Assembly: GCA_965203315.1 (NCBI GenBank)
Contig: CBDBCE010000004.1
Span: 256,001 to 320,000 of the forward strand
Source of the DNA: Nitrosopumilus sp.
Lineage (GTDB): Archaea > Thermoproteota > Nitrososphaeria > Nitrososphaerales > Nitrosopumilaceae
DNA: 64,000 bases
Direction of reading: 5' to 3'
The notes below the pieces were generated by a model. That model ran no database searches, was not told the DNA's origin, and worked only from the letters and a program-made list of their open reading frames with translations. A program made the position numbers and the translations under genes. This document shows positions 21,336 through 31,750 of the stretch, piece by piece. Positions within the stretch are counted from its first letter, which is position 1; each line of letters opens with the position of its first letter.

Positions 21336-21509
21336 ATGGAGTGTTCAACCGATCAAGAATTAGCATTACCTGCAATAATATTTGAAGGTGAAGATGCAAA
21401 ATTTTTTGATGAATATAACAAGAGGCCTAGGACAGAACATGAAAAGGCATTGTTAGTAGAAGCAGATAGAATATATGCTTCTATGTGCAACGTAGATGGA
21501 AACGATTAA
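21336..21509 (+). CDS. Small putative antitoxin-like protein
   Basis: PAIIFEGEDAKFFDEY resembles small antitoxins found before GNAT toxins; overlaps the next ORF. Confidence 0.4.
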   Translation: MECSTDQELALPAIIFEGEDAKFFDEYNKRPRTEHEKALLVEADRIYASMCNVDGND

Positions 21510-21619
21510 TACGATTTCAAAAACGCGCTGACATAAGAGCGTACAAACCCGATGACAAAATCTCAAGTTTGGACTTCACAGTAGACGGCTCGGATCCACT
21601 ACATGTAGATGCTTTTTTT
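21485..21619 (+). pseudogene. Truncated gene, possibly the N-terminus of a GNAT toxin, cut by MITE-A
   Basis: ..DDKISSLDF..DPLHVDAFF stops where the MITE-A TIR begins; the remainder of the ORF is MITE sequence. Confidence 0.4.
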
Positions 21620-21796
21620 GGTTCTGTTCAATTGACGGGGGTTGAGATCGTGATGACGTTATCTCAAAGAACGTACAATATGAGACTCAAAACAGCAACA
21701 ATTTGCGATAGCCCATATGAGGCCGTTTCCATATTTTGCAAAATTTTTCGAGAATTTTATGCAGAAAATGCCAACCACCATTAATTGAACAGATCC
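21620..21796. mobile_element. MITE family A (IS6-like ends)
   Basis: GGTTCTGTTCAATTG ... AATTGAACAGATCC; reverse orientation relative to the copies at 35902, 38362 and 41300. Confidence 0.85.
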
Positions 21797-21983
21797 AAAA
21801 AGGACGACTTTGATATTCTATCTAGTGTCTCTTCGGTGTACGTGGGATAAAACTTTACAGAAAAAAATACTATGGAATTCTGTAGGGAAAATTTAGTGAC
21901 AAGTCTTGTAAAATACCATCCCACGTAAACCAAAAAGATCCTCCGGTGATGATATTTAAATCAGGCAAGTTGTTGTATATATT

Positions 21984-23300
21984 ATGGCAACACAGATGAG
22001 TGCAGCACGTAGGGGTGTGGCAACCGATGAGATGCGTCAAGTTGCGAGAGATGAAGATGTCTCATTAGATTGGTTGATCCCAAAGATTGCTAACGGTTCG
22101 ATAATAATTCCTAGTAACAACTCTAGGCCTCAAGAGATCCACAATGTAGGTATAGGCAAAGGACTAAAGACAAAGGTAAACGTCAACATTGGTACATCTA
22201 CTAACAACATAGATCTGGATGCTGAGATAGAGAAAGCAAAGGTTGCTGTAAAGTATGATGCTGACACTATAATGGATCTGAGTGATGGTGGTGACGTTAA
22301 ACATATACGTCGCACACTACTTGCTACTGCGCCAATAACCTTTGGAACGGTTCCGATATACGAAGCATACAACTATGCGACCACGCCACCTAGAACCAAT
22401 CCTCTAGACCTTACTGAAGACGACTATCTTGACGCATTTGAGAACAATGCCAAAGATGGTGTTGATTATACTACAATTCACTGTGGAATAACCAAAGATA
22501 TCGCAAAACGAATCTTAAAAGTTCGTCGTCATGGCGGAATCGTAAGCAAAGGTGGAACGATCACTGCCGCGTGGATGTTGAAACATGATAAAGAGAACCC
22601 GTATCTCACACACTATGACTATCTTGTAGAGATTGCCAAGAAATACGATGTAACGTTCAGTCTAGGTGATGCACTGCGACCAGGCTCTATACTCGACTCA
22701 CACGATGAACTCCAGGTACAAGAGATGATCAACGTTGCTCAATTAACAAAACGTGCACATGAGCAAGATATTCAGGTGATGGTAGAGGGTCCTGGACATG
22801 TTCCATTAAACGAGGTTGCCGCAAATGTTCGCTTGGCAAAGTCACTCATAGGTGATGTTCCTTACTATGTCTTGGGTCCACTAGTAACTGATGTTGCATC
22901 TGGTCATGATCATATCGCAAGTGCAATAGGTGCTGCAGTCTCTGCAAGTGAGGGCGTAGACCTCTTGTGCTATCTGACTCCTGCTGAACACCTCGCGCTT
23001 CCTAACGCCGAAGAGGTCAAAGATGGATTGATCGCGTATAGGATTGCAGCACATGCTGCAGATCTTGTAAAGATCAGAGACAAGGCAATAAAATGGGATG
23101 CTGAGATGAGTGAAGCTAGACGCACTCTGGATTGGGAACGCCAACTTGCACTGTCTATAGATCCAGAACGGGCTGCTCTAATTCATAGCCGAACTGGTCA
23201 ACATCCTGGAAATAACGTTCCATGTACAATGTGTGGTGGCGCGTGTGTGTATATGGTATTTCCACAACAAAAGAACTATCAACTAGAGCATACTGTCTAG
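21984..23300 (+). CDS. thiC: Phosphomethylpyrimidine synthase ThiC
   Basis: KVNVNIGTS, DTIMDLS, GTVPIY, SLGDALRPG, EGPGH, C-terminal CTMCG..C. Confidence 0.97.
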   Translation: MATQMSAARRGVATDEMRQVARDEDVSLDWLIPKIANGSIIIPSNNSRPQEIHNVGIGKGLKTKVNVNIGTSTNNIDLDAEIEKAKVAVKYDADTIMDLSDGGDVKHIRRTLLATAPITFGTVPIYEAYNYATTPPRTNPLDLTEDDYLDAFENNAKDGVDYTTIHCGITKDIAKRILKVRRHGGIVSKGGTITAAWMLKHDKENPYLTHYDYLVEIAKKYDVTFSLGDALRPGSILDSHDELQVQEMINVAQLTKRAHEQDIQVMVEGPGHVPLNEVAANVRLAKSLIGDVPYYVLGPLVTDVASGHDHIASAIGAAVSASEGVDLLCYLTPAEHLALPNAEEVKDGLIAYRIAAHAADLVKIRDKAIKWDAEMSEARRTLDWERQLALSIDPERAALIHSRTGQHPGNNVPCTMCGGACVYMVFPQQKNYQLEHTV

Positions 23301-23681
23301 TATCTCATAGAGTTTGGGTACTGTGTCATATTTGATGATATCTCTTGCAGGTACCCACCTATACTCATCATTCTCCCAGTTGAGGCGTATATTTTTGTGT
23401 CTTACATTGAACAGAAAGGGATGTATCATCCACGTATCTCCGTAATCTGGGGTATCGGCTAGAGTGATCTGACCTGAACCTGCCAAAGTTATCTCTTTTG
23501 AACTAACTTTGGTCTCTTCGTATATCTCGATCATGGCTCGTTCTAGTGGGGACTCGCCAGGCTCGATCGTACCACTAACAGCTGACCACAAACCTCTCAT
23601 CGTTTTGACACTAGCACTACGCTTGAGTATCAAGATGTCTCTTTTGTATCTCAAAAACGATGTAGCTACTCTGTGTTGCAT
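23283..23681 (-). CDS. NUDIX hydrolase
   Basis: Nudix box GTIEPGESPLERAMIEIYEET; LNWEN. Confidence 0.85.
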   Translation of the reverse strand: MQHRVATSFLRYKRDILILKRSASVKTMRGLWSAVSGTIEPGESPLERAMIEIYEETKVSSKEITLAGSGQITLADTPDYGDTWMIHPFLFNVRHKNIRLNWENDEYRWVPARDIIKYDTVPKLYEILDSML

Positions 23682-24533
23682 TTACTTTTCAATAACTTTG
23701 AACATTCGAGTCATATTCTTGTATGAACGATCAAGGTCTGCATGTTCACCCAATCGTTCTTGGCACTCTTTGATATAACTTGTCACCTCTTCTGTCTTGG
23801 ACTCTTGGACCGCAGTGAGTAGTCTGCCGATATCTTTCCACAACTCTTCTGCAACCTTTCGTATCTCGGGATTTGCTATGATTGTCTCGATCAACTCTGG
23901 TGATTCCGTCATTATGCTCTCGGCAAGCGTCTTTTGAATCTTGAATGTCGTTCCAGACATCTTTTCAGTGAGTAACACCTTTTCATCTTTTGATATAATA
24001 TTTGCAAATACTAGGTTCATCAAATGTACTAGTCCAAGTATCACTGCAATCTTTTTGTCATGTTCTGCTGAATCAATAGTCACAAAGTTTGCACCTTCAA
24101 AGAGCGACTTTGTGGTGGCAAGCTCTTTCTTTGCGTCCTTTATTGGAACTGATATTATGTTCTGACCTTTGATCGTCTTGATACCTGGTCCAAACATTGG
24201 ATGTATACATATTGGGTTGATCTTTGCAGGCATCTTTGATAGTGATGTCGAAACTTTGGATTTCTCAGATGATATCTCGATCAGATGTGTGCCTCGTTTC
24301 ATCTCTTTTGCAATGAGTCTGATTATCTCGGGTGTTCGTCTAGTTGGCGTACACAACACCACATAGTCTGCTTTGAGGATCGAACCTACCAGTGACTCTG
24401 ATACGATGATGTTTCTTCCAGGTACCTTGTTCTCAGAGTCGTAGCCAGTAACCTCATATCCTTTGTTTGCAAAGTATCTTGCAAACCATTGGCCCATCTG
24501 ACCACCGGCTCCTATTACGGTTACTTTTTTCAT
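23682..24533 (-). CDS. tyrA: Prephenate/arogenate dehydrogenase
   Basis: GAGGQMG Rossmann motif, HPMFGP, EHDK. Confidence 0.9.
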   Translation of the reverse strand: MKKVTVIGAGGQMGQWFARYFANKGYEVTGYDSENKVPGRNIIVSESLVGSILKADYVVLCTPTRRTPEIIRLIAKEMKRGTHLIEISSEKSKVSTSLSKMPAKINPICIHPMFGPGIKTIKGQNIISVPIKDAKKELATTKSLFEGANFVTIDSAEHDKKIAVILGLVHLMNLVFANIISKDEKVLLTEKMSGTTFKIQKTLAESIMTESPELIETIIANPEIRKVAEELWKDIGRLLTAVQESKTEEVTSYIKECQERLGEHADLDRSYKNMTRMFKVIEK

Positions 24534-25876
24534 ACTGTACTCTCCATTATACTCTCTAGTATATTCATTCCCTCAATTAGTGTCTTTTCATTCTGACAAG
24601 CTGATAATCTGACAAATTTATCATAATCTCCAAATCCTTCGCCTGGCGCAACCGCTAGTCCATGTTCAAGTGCATCTTTGGCAATCTTTGTACCACTGTC
24701 TTTGGTTCGTACAAATAGATACATGGCACCACTTGGTGGAACAAACTCTAGCTTCATATCTGTTGCCATCTTGGTTAATAGATCCAATCTCCTCTTGATT
24801 ATGTTGGCATAGTCTACATTTACATCTAGTGCTTTAACTGCTGCATATTGGATCGGCGACGAGACGCTTGTCAGACATAGCGCTGCAAGTTTTGACATAC
24901 GTTGTATGATATCGGGACTGGACACCGCATATCCTATACGAAGTCCGGTCATCGCATGAGATTTGGAGAATGACTGGGTTATGATACTCTTTGGATATCC
25001 ATAACTCAAGATACTCTTGTGTCTGACCGACGTATATGTAGAGTATATCTCATCACTGAGAAGATACAGTTGGTTGTCTCTTGCAATGTCTGCTATTCCG
25101 TCTTGTGTCTCTATGGGCAAGACTTTTCCTGTAGGGTTGTTTGGATAGTTTAGCACGATCATCTTTGTATGTTGGTTTATCAGACTCTGTATCTGATCTA
25201 GTGACGGTTCCCATCCGTCCTCAAGTGTTGTGTGAACTATACGTACCTTGACTCCTGACTCAAATGCACAGCTCTTGTACGCAGGCCATGCAGGTTCGAT
25301 CACGATCATCTCGTCGCCAGGATTGAGTAGTGTCTTTATTGCAGAGAATACTGCAAACCTAGCTCCTGGACTTGCCATGATGTTATCTGCTGTTGTGTCG
25401 TATCCCAACTTTGTTGCAACGCTCTCTCGAAACTCTTTCGTACCTGTGGGTGATCCATACTTTACATGTCCCAGGTCTACGGCTGATGACAGTCCTTGTT
25501 GTACTACACTAGGTGGGGCAAAGTCAGGCTCGCCTACTTCCATGTGTATTATCTCTCTGCCTTGTTGCTCAAGCTCTTTTGCTTTGAGAAATATTCCGAG
25601 GTGCGTCTGTTTATTGGCAGATTGGATCTTTATTGACTCGTTTAGAAGAATATTTAGGAATCTTGTTGCAGTCGACTCGTCCATATCTATCTCTTTACAC
25701 AATGCTAAGACTTTGCTGCGTAAACTATGCTCTCTTGACTCGTCTGTCACTCCTTTACCTATGTGCTCTTTTACCTTGCCAATGTCTGCGGCCAAAGTAT
25801 TACGAGTCTTGAGTAATCGGATCATACTGAGTGTAGTCTGATCCATCTTGTCTCTGAGATCTCTGATATCTGACAT
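24530..25876 (-). CDS. Chorismate mutase-like domain fused to a class I/II aminotransferase
   Basis: N-terminal AroQ-like helix bundle; GEPDF, NYPNNPTG, SDEIY, SFSKSHAMTGLRIGY. Confidence 0.9.
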   Translation of the reverse strand: MSDIRDLRDKMDQTTLSMIRLLKTRNTLAADIGKVKEHIGKGVTDESREHSLRSKVLALCKEIDMDESTATRFLNILLNESIKIQSANKQTHLGIFLKAKELEQQGREIIHMEVGEPDFAPPSVVQQGLSSAVDLGHVKYGSPTGTKEFRESVATKLGYDTTADNIMASPGARFAVFSAIKTLLNPGDEMIVIEPAWPAYKSCAFESGVKVRIVHTTLEDGWEPSLDQIQSLINQHTKMIVLNYPNNPTGKVLPIETQDGIADIARDNQLYLLSDEIYSTYTSVRHKSILSYGYPKSIITQSFSKSHAMTGLRIGYAVSSPDIIQRMSKLAALCLTSVSSPIQYAAVKALDVNVDYANIIKRRLDLLTKMATDMKLEFVPPSGAMYLFVRTKDSGTKIAKDALEHGLAVAPGEGFGDYDKFVRLSACQNEKTLIEGMNILESIMESTV

Positions 25877-26973
25877 TATAGTACTGGCTTGATAACTCCT
25901 GCCATTAATGCGTGGTCTGCTAGTGTTAGAGATACAAGAGCGTCAACCACCGGTGGCGCTCTAGGGACGACACATGGATCATGTCTTCCTTTGACCTCTA
26001 GCGTGGTGATCTCTCTTGTTTTTATATCTACAGTACTCTGACTCTGTGGTATTGATGATACCGGTTTGAATGCAACTCGCATAACTATGGGCATTCCATT
26101 TGATATGCCTCCTAGTATTCCTCCTGCGTTGTTTGTTTTAGTTATGATCTTGTCTTGTTCTATTGTGTATAGATCGTTGTTCTCTGATCCAAACAACTCT
26201 GAACCACGAAATCCGGATCCAAACTCGACTCCTTTGACAGAAGGTATAGAAAATATTGCTCTACTCAGATCAGACTCTAGCGAGTTAAATATCGGTTCGC
26301 CAAGTCCTACTGGAACGTTGGTTGTGGTAGACTCGATTATTCCACCTAGAGAATCTCCTGCCTTCTTTGCAGCAAGAATATCGTCATGCATAACTTTTGC
26401 CGTCTTGGTATCTGGACATCGTGTATCACTATTGTATATTCTATCTATCATTGTATCATCAAAACTTTGTAACATCTTGGTCTTGCCGATCTGTATCGTA
26501 TACGCATGAGTTTCCATGTTGAGAACTTGTTTGACAAGCTTGCGTGCTATTGCTCCACCCAATACATGAGTTGCAGTTAATCTACCGGAGAATCGTCCTC
26601 CTCCACGATAGTCATTTTGATAATTGTATTTTATCATTGCAGTATAATCAGCATGTCCGGGTCTGAGTTTTGTTCTAAGGGCATCATAATCTTTTGATCT
26701 ATGATCACTGTTGCGTATCATCATCGTTATTGGAGCTCCAGTTGTATGTCCACGAAACGTACCTGATACTATCTCTACTGTATCCCCCTCTCTCCTCTGT
26801 GTTGAGATGATGCTCTGACCAGGTCTACGCTGATCCAACATTGGTTGTATGTCGTGTTCGTCAATACTCAATCCTGCAGGACACCCATCTAGTACCGCAC
26901 CTATAGCTATACCATGACTCTCACCGAAACTTGTCAAGACCAGTCGTTGACCAATAGAACTACCAAACAACAT
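25876..26973 (-). CDS. aroC: Chorismate synthase
   Basis: FGESHG, RPGHAD, GGGRFSGR, GRHDPC. Start reassigned to ATG 26973, with TTATAAAC about 21 bp upstream. Confidence 0.95.
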   Translation of the reverse strand: MLFGSSIGQRLVLTSFGESHGIAIGAVLDGCPAGLSIDEHDIQPMLDQRRPGQSIISTQRREGDTVEIVSGTFRGHTTGAPITMMIRNSDHRSKDYDALRTKLRPGHADYTAMIKYNYQNDYRGGGRFSGRLTATHVLGGAIARKLVKQVLNMETHAYTIQIGKTKMLQSFDDTMIDRIYNSDTRCPDTKTAKVMHDDILAAKKAGDSLGGIIESTTTNVPVGLGEPIFNSLESDLSRAIFSIPSVKGVEFGSGFRGSELFGSENNDLYTIEQDKIITKTNNAGGILGGISNGMPIVMRVAFKPVSSIPQSQSTVDIKTREITTLEVKGRHDPCVVPRAPPVVDALVSLTLADHALMAGVIKPVL

Positions 26974-27181
26974 TATGTCTCGTGTATGATCACGTTTATA
27001 ATTCCTCATTATTTCGTAGATTCTGTCAATGTCGTACGGTTTACAGTTTTTCTCCTTTACAAAATTCTTGATTTTGCAAAATGTAAAATGATTACAGGCG
27101 ATCTAGTTTGTTGTTTTGAATCAGATTGTATACACTCAGATATCATCTAAATCTCACTTTTCATCAGATTAATGTAACCGA

Positions 27182-28036
27182 CTAGTCGTCGATCTGAACA
27201 ACTGCCTTTTGATTGTTGATCTTTGATACGATTATTCTCCCATCCATCTCACGAAATACACTCTCTACTGCACTAGTGTCATGTTGTTTTACAATTGCAG
27301 CTAATGCGGGACCGTTACCGGATACCGACGCAGCTATTGCTCCTGCCTCTAGGAGATCAGTTACTATCTTTGGCTCAGAGCCTAGTATTTTAGCAGCTGC
27401 AAGGCCGTTTATGTTCATCGCCTTCCAGTATCTTTGATCTCGTGCTAGATGCCACGCACTTTCAAACGCCGGTCTCAGTACCTCTAACTCTTTGACCTTT
27501 CCACGTCTCCTGTTCCTTGGCAGAAATATTACCGAAAGCATATCTGTTGGTCCAGGCTCCTGTCTGACTCTCTCACATCTTTCGTTATCTGTTACGTTGA
27601 ATCCTCCGTAATAACAAGAACAAGCATCATCATATGCTCCTGTAATGCTGACGCCAGCTGATATTGACGCTCTGACACCGGCAACGAGTATCTCTTGATC
27701 TGTCATATTTGGTTTAAAGATCTTGGCTGTCGCCATTGCAATTGCCGATGATATCGCGCTAGAACTCTTTAGACCGTATCCTGCTGGAATCTCTGAGTCT
27801 AGTTCAACTAGTATCTCGTTTGACTCTATCTCTGAACTAGAAACTATCTCTGATATTGTACTCTGTACCAACCGTAGACTCGTACTCTTGTCATCGGATT
27901 GTATGGTGATACCGTGCCCTCTGGTCTTTGTTACTGTTGCCCTCACAGTCAGATCTATGCCCAGAGTTGCTCCTCGTCTAGCAGCTATGGCATTTACTAT
28001 TGATATTGCCCCATGTACTGTACTGGTCGCCTTCAT
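27182..28036 (-). CDS. aroK: Archaeal (GHMP-type) shikimate kinase
   Basis: GAISIVNAIA, GLKSSSA, SITGAYDD, SGNGP. Confidence 0.93.
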   Translation of the reverse strand: MKATSTVHGAISIVNAIAARRGATLGIDLTVRATVTKTRGHGITIQSDDKSTSLRLVQSTISEIVSSSEIESNEILVELDSEIPAGYGLKSSSAISSAIAMATAKIFKPNMTDQEILVAGVRASISAGVSITGAYDDACSCYYGGFNVTDNERCERVRQEPGPTDMLSVIFLPRNRRRGKVKELEVLRPAFESAWHLARDQRYWKAMNINGLAAAKILGSEPKIVTDLLEAGAIAASVSGNGPALAAIVKQHDTSAVESVFREMDGRIIVSKINNQKAVVQIDD

Positions 28037-28855
28037 TCACACTCCTCCCAACAATGCACGTCTCATAGCTTTGTAGGGTGCTTTGATGCCGTGCCATATC
28101 TCAAATGCCCGCACAGCTTGTCCCAACAACATCTCGTATCCTAGTATGACTGTGGCACCGTTTGCTTTTGCTTTCTGTACAAAGTCGGTGTTCATCGGCA
28201 TATACACAATATCATACGCTATGATCCCTGACGCGTGCTCAAACTTTACTAGGCTGGGCTCGTTTTGTAGCCCAAGCGGTGTTGCATTGATTACAATATC
28301 ATATCCGTTTACATTTGACACATCAGATATGTTTGATACTGTTGCATCTAGATCCAACTTTGTAGCAAACTCTGCAAGTACATCTGCATTATGTTGAGTT
28401 TTATTTGCAATTGTTATACTAGATATGTTCTCCATAGCTAGTCCTGCAACTATTGCTCGCGCCGCTCCACCCGCACCTAGTATCAACACTCTCTTGTTCT
28501 TTAGATCAATCTCTCTCTGCTTGAATGGTGCCAAAAAACCATCCATGTCTGTGTTGTACCCTTTTAGTATTCCATCTTGATTTACAACTGTATTGACCGC
28601 ACCGATGAGACTCGCTGACTCGTCCGTGATGTCTATGTATCGCATCATATCGATCTTGTGTGGGATGGTAACATTGAATCCACTTATTCTGATCTTCTTT
28701 AGTCCTTCTATTCCCAATGCGAGTTCGCCTCGAGGAATCCTATACGCAATATATGAGCAATCTAGATCCAATTCACGAAATGCAGCACTATGGATGTTTG
28801 GTGATAGTGAGTGATTTATCGGATCGCCAATCACAGCAAATGTCTTGGACATCAT
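28037..28855 (-). CDS. aroE: Shikimate dehydrogenase
   Basis: HSLSP, NVTIPHK, GAVNT, NTD, GAGGAA. Confidence 0.95.
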   Translation of the reverse strand: MMSKTFAVIGDPINHSLSPNIHSAAFRELDLDCSYIAYRIPRGELALGIEGLKKIRISGFNVTIPHKIDMMRYIDITDESASLIGAVNTVVNQDGILKGYNTDMDGFLAPFKQREIDLKNKRVLILGAGGAARAIVAGLAMENISSITIANKTQHNADVLAEFATKLDLDATVSNISDVSNVNGYDIVINATPLGLQNEPSLVKFEHASGIIAYDIVYMPMNTDFVQKAKANGATVILGYEMLLGQAVRAFEIWHGIKAPYKAMRRALLGGV

Positions 28856-28871
28856 CTCGTATGTTATGAGA

Positions 28872-29546
28872 TTAGCGATTTAAATCAAGAGTTATTATCT
28901 TGTTCATCTCGTCTAAACTAAACTGGCCTGGTGCAACTGGTTTACCTTGTGACACATATGTGTACGGGCTGCCCAAATACAAACTCAAGATCCTTGTGAT
29001 TCGACCTTGATCCCCCATCGCAAATGATATGAGATTTATCGAGTTGTCTCTATACAGAGATAGCATCTTTGTTGCGTCGTGTATGGTTCTAGCATTGCAT
29101 ACGATTTTTACATAGTTTGAGAATAGTTTCATCTGTTCCAATCTTCTTTTGAGTATATTGATACTGGGTGTAGATTTAAAGTTGTGCCAAGATATCAACA
29201 TGTTTGTTCTGGTTGTCTTTATGTAATCTGCAAGACTCTTGTCTCTTCGTATTGTGTTGTATTCTATATCTAGTAAAAACGGTTCATACTCTGCCACCAG
29301 TTTCAATATGGATGTGCGTTCTCTCTCACTGCCTGCAAACTCTCCTCCTTCATATTTAGATCTGACTGTACAAACCGTTCTAGGTAGATACTCTTTGATC
29401 ATCTCCAAGGCTGTCGGAATGTCTTTTGGTCTTAAGAAATCCAGTCTCGCCTCAACATATGTTGATCTCTGCAGTACTTTGGATGCAATCTGTCTAATTA
29501 TAGACGGACTAGTCTCTGCAATCGTTACACAAGTCTTGTATCTCAT
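28872..29546 (-). CDS. aroD: Type I 3-dehydroquinate dehydratase
   Basis: EARLD, EGG, SWHNF..TP, MG..G, APGQ. Confidence 0.9.
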   Translation of the reverse strand: MRYKTCVTIAETSPSIIRQIASKVLQRSTYVEARLDFLRPKDIPTALEMIKEYLPRTVCTVRSKYEGGEFAGSERERTSILKLVAEYEPFLLDIEYNTIRRDKSLADYIKTTRTNMLISWHNFKSTPSINILKRRLEQMKLFSNYVKIVCNARTIHDATKMLSLYRDNSINLISFAMGDQGRITRILSLYLGSPYTYVSQGKPVAPGQFSLDEMNKIITLDLNR

Positions 29547-30592
29547 TTCTCTAGTATGTACTCGTCTGATACTTGCATTCCAAAATGTCTTCCTGCAGCA
29601 GGTTTTGCATGAACCATTACCATGTCACCTCTCTTTAGGTGTGTTACCGAGACTAGATCGCCATCTGGTCTCACAAAACGTATCGTCTCTGCATCTTGTG
29701 CTATAATTCCCCCCACCTCTGATTTTACAACTGCCTTGATCATCAACATTGGTCTACGTTCTATCTTTGATCTGCCTACTGCTGCTCGCCGTGCTTGACC
29801 CTTTGCGTTCAAGATCAATACCTCGGATCCAGTCTCTATCTCTGATAGATAACTAGTTGTTCCATCTGGTAGTAGAGTGTAGCAGTGAACTGCACCTGCA
29901 TTCACTCGAAAAGGTCGCGGTGATGTAAATGATGAACCGACTGCTTCGTTGTGTACTAGGAACATAAAGTTTGATCTACTGCCCACAAGCATTCCTTCAC
30001 CTATACGTAACATCGAAGCTGTATCTACACATACGCGCTCACCGTCACCTACCTCTTTTATCTCGGTTATCTCTGCTGGTGTCATCTCAAAGTCTCTACT
30101 GCCCATGTATGTCATAGCTTCTCTAACTTGATCTATGGATGTTGCTGTGAATATTACCCCATCTACTCCTACCTCTAATATCGAGAACATCTTTCTGACC
30201 TCTTTTGGAGTATCTGCTATGGCAAATATCTTGGTGTGAATCTTGTGTAGTTTCGCAATGATATTCTCGAGTGGGATTATCTTCCAATCTTTAACATCTA
30301 CTATTACAAAACTGAGACCGCTCTCTGCCGCATCGTACAGTCCTTGAATGTCTGTATTTGATGATATCGAAAACCGTCTACCGATGTTTCTGTTTTTTGA
30401 TCTAGATGATCCATCTAGTACAATCATATCTGCTTTGTTTGATGTGTACATTGTTTGTAGTTTGGTCTTTTGGAGTCTTTTGGGATCTAGATATATCATC
30501 TCTATTCCCTCTGATTCAAGTTGTGCAAGGAACTTTGGCAACTGTGATTGAGGTACTTTGGGTACAATAACCAACTCTTTTGTCTTACTCAA
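29543..30592 (-). CDS. 3-dehydroquinate synthase II (archaeal AroB')
   Basis: WKIIPLEN, RVCVDT, RPFRVNAG, QDAETI. Confidence 0.93.
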   Translation of the reverse strand: MSKTKELVIVPKVPQSQLPKFLAQLESEGIEMIYLDPKRLQKTKLQTMYTSNKADMIVLDGSSRSKNRNIGRRFSISSNTDIQGLYDAAESGLSFVIVDVKDWKIIPLENIIAKLHKIHTKIFAIADTPKEVRKMFSILEVGVDGVIFTATSIDQVREAMTYMGSRDFEMTPAEITEIKEVGDGERVCVDTASMLRIGEGMLVGSRSNFMFLVHNEAVGSSFTSPRPFRVNAGAVHCYTLLPDGTTSYLSEIETGSEVLILNAKGQARRAAVGRSKIERRPMLMIKAVVKSEVGGIIAQDAETIRFVRPDGDLVSVTHLKRGDMVMVHAKPAAGRHFGMQVSDEYILEK

Positions 30593-31367
30593 ATCTCTTC
30601 ATTGCTTCCTTTGCTGAATGTCTTCTAAATACTATCTCGGATAGAGCTTCGACCATCTTTTCTGGTCTCTTGTGTGCAAATATGTTTCGACCATAAGTAA
30701 CTCCTTTAGCACCTGCTGCCATCACATCTTCGGTCATCTGTAAAATATCCATATCTGTCTCTGTCTTTGGTCCCCCCGCGACAACTATTGGTACGGGTGT
30801 ACTCTTTACAATATTTGTAAACGAGTCAATATCTCCTGTGTATACCGTCTTTACAATGTCTGCCCCACACTCTGCACCTATGCGTGCAACATGACCTACT
30901 ATGTCTGGATCATGTGGATTTGAGACATTCTCGCCTCTAGGATACATCATTGCCAAGAGTGGCATTCCCCACTGATGGCACTGTGTTGATATTGTTCCTA
31001 GCTGTTCTAACATCTCTGGTTCTTCCTTGCCTCCTATATTGATGTGGAGTGATACGCCATCTGCTCCCATCGCAACTGCCTCTTTTACAGTTCCAGTTAG
31101 CATCTTCCGATTGGGTGATACTGATAGTGATGTACTAGTAGAAAAATGGATCAAGACTCCTGCACGTATGGGTCTTGGTAGTGCTTTCAACACGCCTTTG
31201 TTTATTATTATGCTAGATAGTCCATGTCCGTCACATCTCTGAATCATCGATACAGGATCTTCAAGACCTTTTATGGGACCGTTTGATATTCCGTGATCCA
31301 TAGGGATGCAGAGCATCTTTCCTCTCCGCATTATGCGATCAAGTCTTATCTGATTCCCTGACACCAT
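30585..31367 (-). CDS. 2-amino-3,7-dideoxy-D-threo-hept-6-ulosonate synthase (AroA', class I aldolase family)
   Basis: PMDHG, MMYPRG, GADIVKT, AGGPK, GRNIF; first gene of the shikimate cluster. Confidence 0.92.
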   Translation of the reverse strand: MVSGNQIRLDRIMRRGKMLCIPMDHGISNGPIKGLEDPVSMIQRCDGHGLSSIIINKGVLKALPRPIRAGVLIHFSTSTSLSVSPNRKMLTGTVKEAVAMGADGVSLHINIGGKEEPEMLEQLGTISTQCHQWGMPLLAMMYPRGENVSNPHDPDIVGHVARIGAECGADIVKTVYTGDIDSFTNIVKSTPVPIVVAGGPKTETDMDILQMTEDVMAAGAKGVTYGRNIFAHKRPEKMVEALSEIVFRRHSAKEAMKRFE

Positions 31368-31750
31368 GAATACTCTGATTTGATATATCCTATTTAAAAA
31401 TAGGCGATTAGCTACCTGGGACCCCTAACAGATACTGGATCATCGAATCAGAGCACGATCTTGGTTATCGTATTTCCACTCCATCTCCTAGATGATTGCC
31501 GGTACTAGTTTTCGTTCAACGTCATTATAAAATATCTATTCCTGAAATATCCGCCTCGTACTAGAACTACAGTTAGGACACTTTCAATAGGACATAGAAC
31601 ACATCATAACTAAATCAAAATAAAAAGAGGGCTAGCTCAAAGGTAGAACTAACTTTGTTGTCAGCAATGTATTCTACACATATACCATAATTAAAGGTCG
31701 TGGACCGGAAGGGATTCTGTGGGATGTTATTTGTTGCTCATACTCAGATT

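Larger units (their letters stand above)
11378..21941 (+). mobile_element. Putative MITE-bounded composite cassette 1 carrying the 3085-aa surface protein
   Basis: MITE-B copies at 11378-11484 and 21825-21941 in inverted orientation. Flanks TCTGGTGAT (11369-11377) and TCCGGTGAT (21942-21950). Confidence 0.7.

Noticed and set aside
11106-21983. TPP riboswitch before thiC or thiDN
   Set aside because: No CTGAGA or other TPP core found in the upstream regions; thiC looks leaderless behind a TATA box.
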